A stretch of 64,000 bases of DNA. It comes from Utricularia gibba. Lineage: Eukaryota; Plantae; Magnoliophyta. Made by a program: the position numbers and the translations under genes. The stretch covers positions 1,302,001-1,366,000 of the forward strand of contig NEEC01000002.1 in the NCBI GenBank assembly GCA_002189035.1, read 5' to 3'. Numbering within the stretch: the first letter of the stretch is position 1; every line of letters begins with the position of its first letter. The notes beneath the pieces are model-generated. The model was not told where the DNA came from, did no database searches, and worked only from the letters and a program-made list of their open reading frames with translations. This document shows, in pieces, positions 35,805-47,119 of this stretch.

Positions 35805-38003
35805 GAATCAACAAGTAATTCCAAGCTCATTTTCCCCAAATTCCCTTTGATTGATCCCCTGAACAAGCATATAAAGGGTCTAAAGCATTTGAAAGACAAG
35901 AAAAAAAATCCATTTTAGTTTGCTCACACATGCCTCTTCCTTTTTGTTTATCTTTTTATACTCATAAAATCAGGCCAAGAAAAACGTCACTGCAACTACA
36001 TATAGGTTCCAGAAGCACAATAGCCCAAGAAAAAAGATTTAGAAATCTAGGGTTCAGCACTGCAAATGCCCAAAATCCCATCTCCTAAGCTACCAAATAC
36101 CACTGCAGGAGAAAAAACCGAATAACGTCCAACCCTAGATGAACCCACCACCTCTCAAATCACAAAAGCACGCAATTTAAGGCAACTGATACATTTGAAA
36201 TCCCCGTACTAAATGCATCTCAATAGCAAATCGTGAACACCCTAAATACAGAAAAAGGCAATACCCCTCAACAAACCTGGATATTTAAAGAAAAAAAAAA
36301 TCGCGGCTCCGAATTCCTTCCCGCCCCGGCAAAAAGTCGTCCAAATCCTCACGGCTTACAGGCAGCAAAAGCCAACGGCGTAGTTGAACTGAAGTTGGTG
36401 ACACAACTTTTTCCTCCCCAAGTATCGATCGACACGGTTGGATATTCTTCAGTGAATCCCAAGCATGGCCTTTCCGTTTACGAATCACAAGTGGGGAATT
36501 CAGATCATCGAATTAAAGGCAAAAGAGAGAAGGAACCCGGCCCTTTTGACTGGACCGACCATGTCGGGCCTCAAAGGTGGGCCCACTAGGGTTCCGGCCT
36601 TTCATCTCACGAAAGCGTCTTTTCTCGCTCACATTTTTCTGTCACATGCTCATTTCTTTCCCCCATTCGACAGAGACATTTTCGGCCTTTTCGAGTTTAT
36701 CCGCTACAGCCCATCGGCAAGCATGCCCATGAAAACCGATTAACTGAATAACCAGGTACACGAGCATTAGTGAAAGAGGAATGCAGGGACAGATCCCTGC
36801 CGTGATCCCATATGTGCATCTGCAAATCTGAGAGCGCCGGACGGCGAGCAAGATTGCTAGTTTAAAGATAACACTGCATGAATCAACTGTCAATGAGTTT
36901 CCAAGTGCAAACATAGAGCCAGGACCCCAACACCGTCAGCAGCCGGCATCTAGGCGAAAGCAAGAAATGGACAGGAATGGAGGAGATATCTGTCTAACTT
37001 GGTTGGTCGTATCCTACTGACCATTTGACAAGTATGTGAGATGGGAGTTGGCCGGGAGTCTGCATTGATATTCAGATGAATAATGATGCATGCCGATCGT
37101 TCTTTACTTCTACTTTTTCCCCTGTAGTGCTACAAAAACTGTCTTTGGAGGATGCTCATCAAGGCTTGCCTTGGAAGGGTTGAGTATCCAGGATCCATTA
37201 CGAGTTTTCAGATTGCCTGTGAGCATAACATCTGGCCTCCATCCACAGAACGAATCCGAGCAGATATATGTGGTGTGTGAGAAGAGGAAGCAAGCAGAAT
37301 GAATCTGGAGAAAGCTCAAAAGTGGATGGATAGGGCTCAGAGACATTCCCTGTCTAGCAACATAAGCCATAGACATATGATGGAAAGCCTTGCACTTCAC
37401 CTTGCAATCCTGATGGATCAACGAACATTAGATAAGTATTGCAAGTAGACACAAGTCAAGGCATGCTCAAGTCTCTTAAATTCAGTCCCTGCTTAAGTTT
37501 TCATCATTTTACAAATTTCTGGTATATTCAGCTGTTCACAAGACCTACAAACACCTTAAAGAAGCAATCTTATTACTTATACCACTGTTTGATAAACAAT
37601 GAATAACTCATAAAAACGCCCACATACCTCAGCGCCGATAGTATAGCCAATCTTGCGGGAACTGTCTGGTAGAGGTGGGTTGAACTCCAGAATGACCCAA
37701 TACCTACAAATTTTGTGAATCGGTGCGTTGCCTTTCAATCGCAAAGTCAAATTTCGAGGGATTGGGAAAGATTAACTCGTGCAAAGATTCCGAATTTAGG
37801 GTTCTTCGAGTAGAACTAAGAAATATAGGCATAGGCCTAGTTTTTCCTATTGGGACAGCGTTCAATATACATAATCCTATGTATCAACACCACCGCCTTG
37901 CTTCTGATGAAAAGTAGCAGCGGTGTAAGACAGTACCCAGCACTACTTCGACGAGCTGCACTGCGGCGATGCCATGCCGCCGCACCAGAATTGGGGCGGT
38001 GCG

Positions 38004-38993
38004 TCATGAATTGAAACCATCATCACCTTGCTTCAAATGAAAATCATAAGCAGTAAACCCTGCGTACCATGCAACTCTCATTAGTTGCACCCCGAGAACC
38101 AACACCCAGCCACAAACCAGTCCTCGGAGGGCATCCATCGACCATGATGGTGCGGAAAGTTCCAATCCAAGCTTGAGCCCTCTCATCAGCTGGACCAGAC
38201 GGTACGCTTCGTAGACTACTGGAGTAACTAGCCAAACTGGTGACTCCCATCGCCAAGTCAGTGATTCTGTGATTATCTGCACTGATAAAAGCAGCAAGTA
38301 TGGAGCTAACATTACACCAAATGCAATGAAAGGTAGTTGAGGTTGAAGTAATCCTTTTTCAGAAGCCAAGAGGATCGCCAGGGGGGCGATGAATCCGACT
38401 ATGTTTGCAGTCATGTTCCAGTATTGGTAACCGGATGGGGGCTTGCTTTTGGATAATCTACTATTGCCATTCGAACGAGCAGTTGAATCTGCCATGAGAA
38501 GAAAAAGAGATGCTCCAAGATTGAATATGCAGTCAAGGCCAATGAGGCAGAGGAGGCTAGCTACGTTTGGACCAAGAAAAAAAGATGAAACTGGCAACCA
38601 CAACGTGGGAATCACTCCGGTGATGAGAAGAAGCACTGGACCAAGAATCCATAAAGGCTTTCTCAGTAAACTGGGCCATACAGGTGATGGCAATTCAACC
38701 GTATTCATTCTCTCTTCCACTTGAGTGGTGATCAAGGTGCCTTCATCTGCCCCGCTCGAAGAATTTATCTCTTCGAAGATATTACTAGCCTCTTTCAGCA
38801 ACGAAACTTCACTGTTAGAGGCATATGATAATGGAGCATGTCCCAACTTCGACCGGGATATGTCAAACCGGTAGCTTCCTAGATATGCAAAACTGTTCTC
38901 CCTAAGGGGAATTCGAGAGGTATGTAGCTTCAGATGCCTACTATATATTCTAGGATCCCGAAGCACAGGTAAAATATGAGGAATGGATGCCAT
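38004..38993 (-). CDS. Conserved uncharacterised plant multi-pass membrane protein with transit-peptide-like N-terminus
   Basis: 329-aa intronless ORF; PTLWLP, SLLCLIGLDCIFNLGASLFLLMADS, WESPVWLVTPVVYEAYR, LGVQLMRVAW recalled as At3g60590-like. Confidence 0.82.
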   Translation of the reverse strand: MASIPHILPVLRDPRIYSRHLKLHTSRIPLRENSFAYLGSYRFDISRSKLGHAPLSYASNSEVSLLKEASNIFEEINSSSGADEGTLITTQVEERMNTVELPSPVWPSLLRKPLWILGPVLLLITGVIPTLWLPVSSFFLGPNVASLLCLIGLDCIFNLGASLFLLMADSTARSNGNSRLSKSKPPSGYQYWNMTANIVGFIAPLAILLASEKGLLQPQLPFIAFGVMLAPYLLLLSVQIITESLTWRWESPVWLVTPVVYEAYRLVQLMRGLKLGLELSAPSWSMDALRGLVCGWVLVLGVQLMRVAWYAGFTAYDFHLKQGDDGFNS

Positions 38994-39725
38994 CTCCCAA
39001 TCAACACAGCTTCAAGTTGCAAGTCTTTAGAATCGAACTTGAAATTCCCTAACCGAAACCAAATGAATAGCATCAGATACAGCAACCAGCAAATCGATCA
39101 ATCATCAAGAACATAAATACAAGCGCACATAATCACAGAATATTAACAAAATCATGAATCGAACATAAAATCCCAGCGTAAACACAATGAAAAATAAATC
39201 CAAGCATAATCTGGAGGAACACGGCATGATCTGATTCTAAATACTTCATCTCACAGACTATTATAAATCCAAGCACGAATCGTACCTAAGAAGATGACGC
39301 CGATTCACCATCTTCACAAACTATATCCACCAGCAGCGCAGAAACGTTTAGAGGATACCAATGATCCAAATGAACGAGAAAGAATGCACGAGAAAATCCA
39401 CCAGGCCCGTCTGAAACTCTCTATATGGGCCTGGCCCATACTTTAATGAAGCCCAAATGAGTAACCTATGGTCTTGAGACTAAATGACAAAATGCTTAAA
39501 TGAAGCCCAAATGATGAATTTCAACGCATTGAATTTCAATTTTAAATCAGTTGGAATACTTCAACAGCACAGAAGCAAACAGCTCACAAGGCCTGCTTGT
39601 CCTTGCAAAAGCTAAAAGAAATGCAAGACATTAGCATGATTCGATCATTAGGGAAGAGTCTGATCACTCTAACTACAAAAGCCAAAGCAGTAAGGAAGGA
39701 AAACCAAAAGAGATGGAGATAGTCT

Positions 39726-41703
39726 TCACTTCGACAGCCAGTAAATGATGAGGAAAAGTGTACAAGCAGCGATAACAGCTGATAAGATGAGGGTGTCAGT
39801 TGATTTCTTTCTCCTTATTGAGCCTGCGAGGATCATCAACAGGGAGCATGGTAAAAATGGTAGTCTGGTAGCGAGTCCGGGTTTGGAATTTTACCGATCA
39901 GGCCACGAACAACAGGGAGTTTGTCACCCAGTTGCTTCACTTTTCCTTGAAGGTCACCAAACAATGCCCTCTGCGAACCCAGGGCAGCTCGTGTTGCTTG
40001 AGCTTGACCAATAACATCATCAATCTAGAAGAGTTTTTCATCAGTGTTGATTTATGCTGATAAGGAAACTCCTGTATGAGACTTGAAACAAAGATAGCTT
40101 TTTTATCTGAAAATACCAATGAAGGATGAAAAATATCATTATACATGCATCAAATGTGATGGTGCGCCAATGTGAAGTGCTGTTAATAAGATCTGGTCTT
40201 AGATGGGAAAGCATAAATGATTTATCCACGTTTTAAACTGTACTCAAATATGTCTTACATGACTAATGCTTCCATGTATGGCAGCTCGTTCCCTTAGCAT
40301 GTGCATTCTTGGAGAACTAGTACCTGAGCCCTGCATATACACTCAGCATACTTATCATGTAAAGTTCAGCTTGTTTTCCAATACTAACTAAGAATCCAAC
40401 CTTATACTCGCTGATATCATCTCGAACAGAAGTGAGAAGTTCAGCATGTTCTGACATAGAGTTGATATTTCCCTTGATTCGTCTGAATTCCTGGATTAGT
40501 AGTTGAAATAATTTCAATCCTGGATCCCGGGTCAAATTTTCGACAGAAGGTGAGGGGGTAAACAAACAAACATGTGCTCCATAGATGTGACAAAAACATC
40601 CCAGAGCATAGAAACAACCCATCTGATCCAGGACTCGTCACTCTAGATGGCAAGTAAGTTGCTATATTCGGACAACTGGTAACCAAGGAGCACATACAAA
40701 TCACAGACCATATAGAGGTTGATGCTCCTTAACTAGAAGCAGCTAGAACCATCAGAAAAGTTATAATCTCACCACATTTGGTGCAAGAAACATACTAAAA
40801 TACTCTCATAAACACATGTATTTGGCTTATTCTTGCATTACTCTTGTTTTCTACTTGTAAAATCATCAGTCACATAGACTAGGTTTGCAGTAGTACAAGT
40901 CACCTGTGTAAACTCATGAAGTATATCCCTGTGTCTAGCAAGTTTTTGAGTTACTGAGGTTGCGGGCGCAGCAGAAGCAGCACATCGGCTCATGGAGTCA
41001 TTTATATCGAGTAGCTTCTCGAGGAGTGACTGAATCTCCATCTCCATAGATTTCCATGACCTGCTGGATCCCAGGGTTGGTGAGCCACCTTCCACATGAC
41101 CTGCATGACAACAACTTTGGATGATTAGAGATGAAAAACAGGGACTTTCCATTGGAATGAAATTTGACACTGAGGAAGTGTTAAGATGATGAGATGTGGG
41201 ACAATTTATCCTAAAAAATGGCATCTTTGCTTCTCTTAAGATGCGGGGATATGAGTTCCATCATCGCAATCGAAGCTCTCAAGGCCCACTTTCAATCAAA
41301 AACAGCAAAATGATCATTAGATGCGAAATTGCATAACAGAAAACTCCCCCAAATAAAACTTGATAGCATCCAAGCCACCATATACAATAACAAGGCCAAT
41401 GTCTGACGATAACTACAATGTCGCTTTGATCTCGGATCATATCAAATCAGAATCTAAGAACTCGTGATCCCCGAACAAAACCCATATAAAACAAAAGAAT
41501 ATTCAGCCACTTGACAGCATAATCCAACACCCAGAGTTTCCAATTTGAAGTAATCCTCGGCAGAAGCCAAAATTCATCGTACCTCCTTGGCTGAATCGAG
41601 CACCGAGCTTGGCATAAGACGACAGCTTCACATCAAGATCGCCCTCGATCTTCCTAGCCTCTCTCCGGAGCTCCTCCCAACCCGACTCCTGCAACGCATC
41701 CAT
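39726..41703 (-). CDS. GOS12: Golgi SNARE GOS1 family (GOS12)
   Basis: WEELRREARKIEGDLDVKLSSYAKL, KLARHRDILHEFTQEFRR, IDDVIGQAQ, DTLILSAVIAACTLFLIIYWLSK*. Confidence 0.95.
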
Positions 41704-42847
41704 ACCCGGATCCGAGTCCTAATCCCGTCAAATTTTCACCTCCTCCAACCGATTCACATAGCAGCTTTTCCAGAATCTCTGGATTCAGCCCGCATCCAAT
41801 CACACGCAGAGGCACACACACTCGATGTGTAAGTAACCACAGTGAGTCGGACCCAGACCGACCCGGCCCGGCCACAATCTATTATCATGTTTTCATCTCG
41901 ATTATTTTCAATTAAAAAAAGAATTAATGTATCTCTTTTCATCTCAATATTTTAAAAAGTAAAAAGAATTAATAATAATTATAAGAATAATAAATAGGGA
42001 AATCCCGTCTCTTATGCCGGCAGGCTTGAAGGATGTGTTCGAAATGTGGATGGAGTGGGGCCCAGGGGGCGCTGTCACGAGAGCGGGGCCCAGCCACCAT
42101 TTATGAGATGCTGTGTCTCGCTCACCATCTGTAGCTGCTGCTGCTTGAATTATTGGGGTGTTTTATGAAAACACTCCTCCTCGGATTAATTAACTGGTAA
42201 TCAAAATGGGGTGTTGATTATCTTTGAGAATTAAGGATTTAATCAGTTCATTAATGATTACTGAGAGGGATTTATTGATGGGGTAAATGCAGTTAAAAAA
42301 AACATGGTAAATAGCTAAGAGGTGAAGGGAGGGAGTGAATTGATGATGCTCTGAAGCAAGGCGGATTGTAGGAGAAGTAATAAATGATATGAAGGGGGAG
42401 GAGGGCAGTAAAAAATGGGAATGGAATAATTACAGTGCCTCTAGGCTTTGTAATTAATGATGTGGGATTGTGGATTACTCTCTTAATCATGGTCATTATG
42501 AGGAGGTCTAGACCTCCCCATTGCCGATCTCTTCCTTCATTCACACGAGCTCACCTTGGGGTTGTCTCTTTCGCGCTCACCCATTTGTGTGTGGGTGGGT
42601 GTGTTTTTTAATCTTGTTTGCTTCTCGACCCATTCTTTGACAACCCAACTCGCATTCGTTGTTGTGAAGGGAATCCGCGTTTCATTGGGGGTTAGCTGTA
42701 CAAGAGAAAGAAAAAGATAGGATCTTTTCCGCATTTGGTATTCCTTGCTTGCGATATAGTTTGGGGGTGAAGAAAGGTAGTGGATTGGACATCGGGGGAG
42801 AGGAATCTGGACTGGGCGTTTGCGGGGTTTCGGTTTAATCCTTAGAA

Positions 42848-44137
42848 ATGAAGCACATGGACAGCGCGCCATCGACGCCTGGGAAGTGCAAGATGGAGAA
42901 ATCTTCCTACAAGAGACTGCATTCTTCCCTTGCTAAAACATTTTGGTGTGTGCTTTTTCTGGGTTTGATGTTCGTCTTCTTTTTTAGATCACCCACTTCA
43001 TCGTCCCCTGCCCAATCAGATCTCTCCAGAAGATCCCTTAGGACAACTTCCTATGGAGGTCATAAATTTGAGAGCAAGGTTCAGGCATCAGCTAAGGTAA
43101 GATCAGGTCGCAGAATGTCTGTTTTGGTAACTGGGGCTGCAGGTTTCGTTGGCTCTCATGTCTCGTTAGCTCTCAAACGTAGAGGCGACGGTGTTTTGGG
43201 GCTTGATAATTTCAATGCTTACTATGACCCTTCTTTGAAAAGAGCAAGACAAGCACTCCTGGATCGTAATGGTGTGTACATTGTTGAGGGTGATATAAAT
43301 GATGCTGAGCTATTGAAGAAGCTCTTTGACATTGTGCCGTTTACTCATGTTATGCATCTAGCTGCGCAAGCCGGTGTTCGTTATGCCATGGAGAATCCAA
43401 GCTCCTATGTGCATAGCAACATTGCAGGGCTTGTCAGCTTGCTTGAGGTGTGCAAGAGTGCAAATCCTCAACCTGCAATTGTGTGGGCATCAAGCAGTTC
43501 AGTTTATGGATTGAATAAAAAAGTACCATTTTCAGAAGGGGATAGAACTGACCAGCCGGCAAGCTTGTATGCTGCAACCAAGAAGGCTGGAGAAGAGATT
43601 GCACACACTTACAACCATATTTACGGCCTTTCACTTACTGGTTTAAGGTTCTTCACCGTCTACGGGCCATGGGGGAGGCCGGACATGGCATACTTCTTCT
43701 TCACCAGGGATATTCTGAAGGGTAAAGGCATTCCAATATTTGAGGCTCCAGATCATGGAACTGTTGCTCGGGATTTCACCTACATTGATGATATAGTAAA
43801 GGGCTGTGTGGCTGCTCTTGATACGGCTCAGAGAAGTACTGGTACTGGAGGGAAGAAGAAGGGGCCGGCGCAGCTGAGAGTTTTCAATTTAGGGAACACA
43901 TCTCCGGTTCCGGTTATGGATCTTGTAACCATTCTGGAGAGGCTGCTGAAGGTAAAAGCCAACAGGGTGGTTATGAAGTTGCCAAGAAACGGGGACGTGC
44001 AGTTTACACATGCTAATATAAGTTTGGCTCAGAGAGAGCTTGGTTACAAACCTACAACTGATCTGCAGACAGGATTGAAGAAATTTGTTCAATGGTATCA
44101 CAGTTACTACGTTGAAGGGAAGAAAAATGTGCAGTGA
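42848..44137 (+). CDS. GAE3: UDP-D-glucuronate 4-epimerase (GAE2/3/4 clade), intronless
   Basis: PSTPGK, TM anchor, VLVTGAAGFVG, HLAAQAGVRYA, YAATKK, FFTVYGPWGRPDMAY. Confidence 0.97.
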   Translation: MKHMDSAPSTPGKCKMEKSSYKRLHSSLAKTFWCVLFLGLMFVFFFRSPTSSSPAQSDLSRRSLRTTSYGGHKFESKVQASAKVRSGRRMSVLVTGAAGFVGSHVSLALKRRGDGVLGLDNFNAYYDPSLKRARQALLDRNGVYIVEGDINDAELLKKLFDIVPFTHVMHLAAQAGVRYAMENPSSYVHSNIAGLVSLLEVCKSANPQPAIVWASSSSVYGLNKKVPFSEGDRTDQPASLYAATKKAGEEIAHTYNHIYGLSLTGLRFFTVYGPWGRPDMAYFFFTRDILKGKGIPIFEAPDHGTVARDFTYIDDIVKGCVAALDTAQRSTGTGGKKKGPAQLRVFNLGNTSPVPVMDLVTILERLLKVKANRVVMKLPRNGDVQFTHANISLAQRELGYKPTTDLQTGLKKFVQWYHSYYVEGKKNVQ

Positions 44138-44608
44138 GACTTACTTTTTTTGTCGTTGTCTCCAGATATATTCCTATAACTATTTTTCATCTGTATCCTG
44201 TATTCCCATTCCACGGAAGACACAATCCTTAATACCTCCCTGTATGCTTGTAAGACATGCTCTCTGTTCACTGATTCCATTGCATTCTGTTGTAATTTGA
44301 TCCTTATAGACAGGTTCATTATGGATAGAGAACATTTCATTGTCATTCATGTGTATCAACTGAATTCATTTGAGATCTAAATTCTTGGAATCTTCTCTAG
44401 AAAGCAAGATTGCTGTTCACATGAACGTTTGAAGAATACCATAATGATCATTCATGCTCAGGAGAGCTAGGAAATCAAGGAATCAGTGAAAATTCCAGTC
44501 ATACAAGAGTATGCATGAGGAACTACTTTTACTTGGGATCTGGTTCTAATATGGTGTACAAGGAAAGATGGATTCTTCATTTCGATGCCAAAGCTTTAAT
44601 CTTACCAC

Positions 44609-46316
44609 TCAAAACGGTATGGACTCCCTCTTTGGCCATGATTCTATCTTTTGGAAGTACTTCACAGGCACAACTCCATCAAAACCCTCTGTTAAAATCA
44701 CCCTGTTGTCTGAGATGTAAAGTTTCATCCCCTCTGTTTCAAAACATGAGTCTGTGAATAACAAGTAGACAAAAGAGGCTGTTTTTTTTTTAAGTAATTG
44801 AAGGTCATTTTATACACACTTTACCTTCCAAAGCCTTTCTGACATCCAGAAATATTAACACATTAACATCTCGTCTCATACCTGAATGTACACAGAATAT
44901 AATGTGAGAATGTGTAAAACGCATCAACATTTCTATCGCTTCTTATTGTAGGATATTAACCAACTATTACTTGAATTCATTGCAAGCCAGAAAATTACCA
45001 CTAATAACTTCTCCATCAGTCGGCAAGCCAGATGAGAAGTGTACGTGTAATCTCTTCATGCGCTTGAGACCCTCACGGAGTATGGACTCCAGGCTCCTCT
45101 TATAGGTTCCGTGCGCACAAACTACAGTTGAGGAAAGGATAATGCGAGATATCAAGACTCAGAACCTTCCCTCGAGGGAAAAAAGGATATAGTACTAAGA
45201 ATGGTAAAATTAACCTGGAATGTCTTCAGGTGAGAGTATGGGCCTCAGCAAACTCTCCGTTTCAACAATCTATTGAGGTTTCAACAAGAAAAAAAGATGG
45301 GAAAGATTAGAGTCCCTAATTAAAGATGTTTTATCTAACAGTCAACAGAAAAGGAACAAATAATCCAATGCAGACTCGGCGTAGAAACGGCAAAAGCGAG
45401 TACCTCTACGGTGTGACCTTGATTTGCACGTATCAGAAGCTCTCCGTTTTCTTCCACGAGACTAAACCGCTGCTTGTTATCTTTTCTAACAGCCTACAAG
45501 CAATTCCTAATCAGATTCTCTTAAGCCTCTGAAATAAACTACTACAAGATGAAACTATACCAAATGAGCTTCAGGAGAAAGCATCATTATGCCTCATTGA
45601 GGATTCTTCAACAAACTACTTCATCTAAAACGACTAGCGATTATCACTACAGCTTAAGAATCATGAAAATAACAAGAGCTGCACCTCTTTAACGTCATCA
45701 ACGGTGTGAGACCGAATGGGAATATTGGCGAAGGTCTTTAAGTTCAACTTCAGGAGATCCTGGACATTGACATATCCATCACTCCTCATATTCAATTTCA
45801 ACTCAGAAGCCATATGCCGTAGAACACGTGTCCTGAAATGCTGATCGTGAGAAGCTTACTAATAACAGCCGAAATGCTAACCTGGAACAACTCACAAGAT
45901 AAGAAGTCGTGAAAACAGATAAACTTTCGGTCAATTACCATTCCGCATATCAGAGAAATCAATGAAAGTGGAATGACAGAATTCCATCAGTGCGCGTGAA
46001 ATGGAAAACCACAACACGAGATCAAAACTAATAAATAGTGTAGTGTATACGTACAATAATCTGCCAAGGGCATCAATTTTCTGCGTATCAGAAGAATCTC
46101 CTACACCCCGTCCTCTTGATCTCTGGCGAGTATCTTTAGTCTCAAAACCTCTGCCTCTGCCGCCGCCGGCGCTGCCACATAGAAAACAGGGAACCCGTGT
46201 AAAAGAAAAAAATCCTAACGAGAAAACATGGAAAATTGACGTACGAACCTGCTTCTTGAATGGGCAGAAGCTGCAAAAGTTGATTTTCCGACGGCCGGCA
46301 CATGAAGATTGTCCAT
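44609..46316 (-). CDS. TPT1: tRNA 2'-phosphotransferase (Tpt1/KptA)
   Basis: KIDALGRLL|TRVLRH, DGYVNVQDLL, CAHGTY, GLKRMKRLHVHFSSGLPTDGEVISG, KYFQKIESWP..IPF*. Confidence 0.93.
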
Positions 46317-47119
46317 AAATCCAAATCTAGGAAGAGAGAACACCAGGCGGTTTCGAATTATTCGTAAGCCAGTGCCGGCGAGCATACCCCACGCGCGAAA
46401 ACCGAACCTTTGACTGACTACGGACAGCCGGAGCTTCGCAAAAATTCCACCAAGATAACAATTTTACAGATGTTATATATTCATACCACCGTCCGGTCGC
46501 GTGAGCCGAGGTGAGGTGGACGAAACGAAGAAACCAGATTTTTTAATTAAATTAATTAAAAAAACAAAATTTTGCAGGCTGAGCATTTTTTAAAAGCGAT
46601 AGTGAAGGCAAAATCTTCAGGCCATGCTTCATGTAGGCATAAAGGGATCATGGGGTTGGATCACTCTTAACACAATACCTGTTTGCTATCTTCACTGTAC
46701 TTGGATGCGACTGAGCTCCGGTGCCAAAACTGTATTCGACAGATGATGCTGAAGCCATAGATAAAATCTAAGCCTGCATCTGCAAGCCCCAAATGATGGA
46801 GTGCTGCAGATGGAAGAAGAGCTCCTTGATACAGAGCAGCCTCTGCTCATTGAAAATTGAGCACCGCATCATAAAAACGACAATTAGTTTCAAATGGCAA
46901 GTCCTTTCGGATATGTGCAGAGGGGCCAGGATGGCTGGCTGGACTTCACAAATTACAGAGAAGAAGGTGACCTATGAAGACTGGACTCTGTGCCTAGGGG
47001 TGTAAAAGCATTCTTGTAGTGTATGGCACAAGTTCAAATCATTCCATCCGTGAATTAAGATGAATAATACAAGGGAACTAGAATTACGTTAGAGAGGGAA
47101 CATCAAGATGAGATTACCT

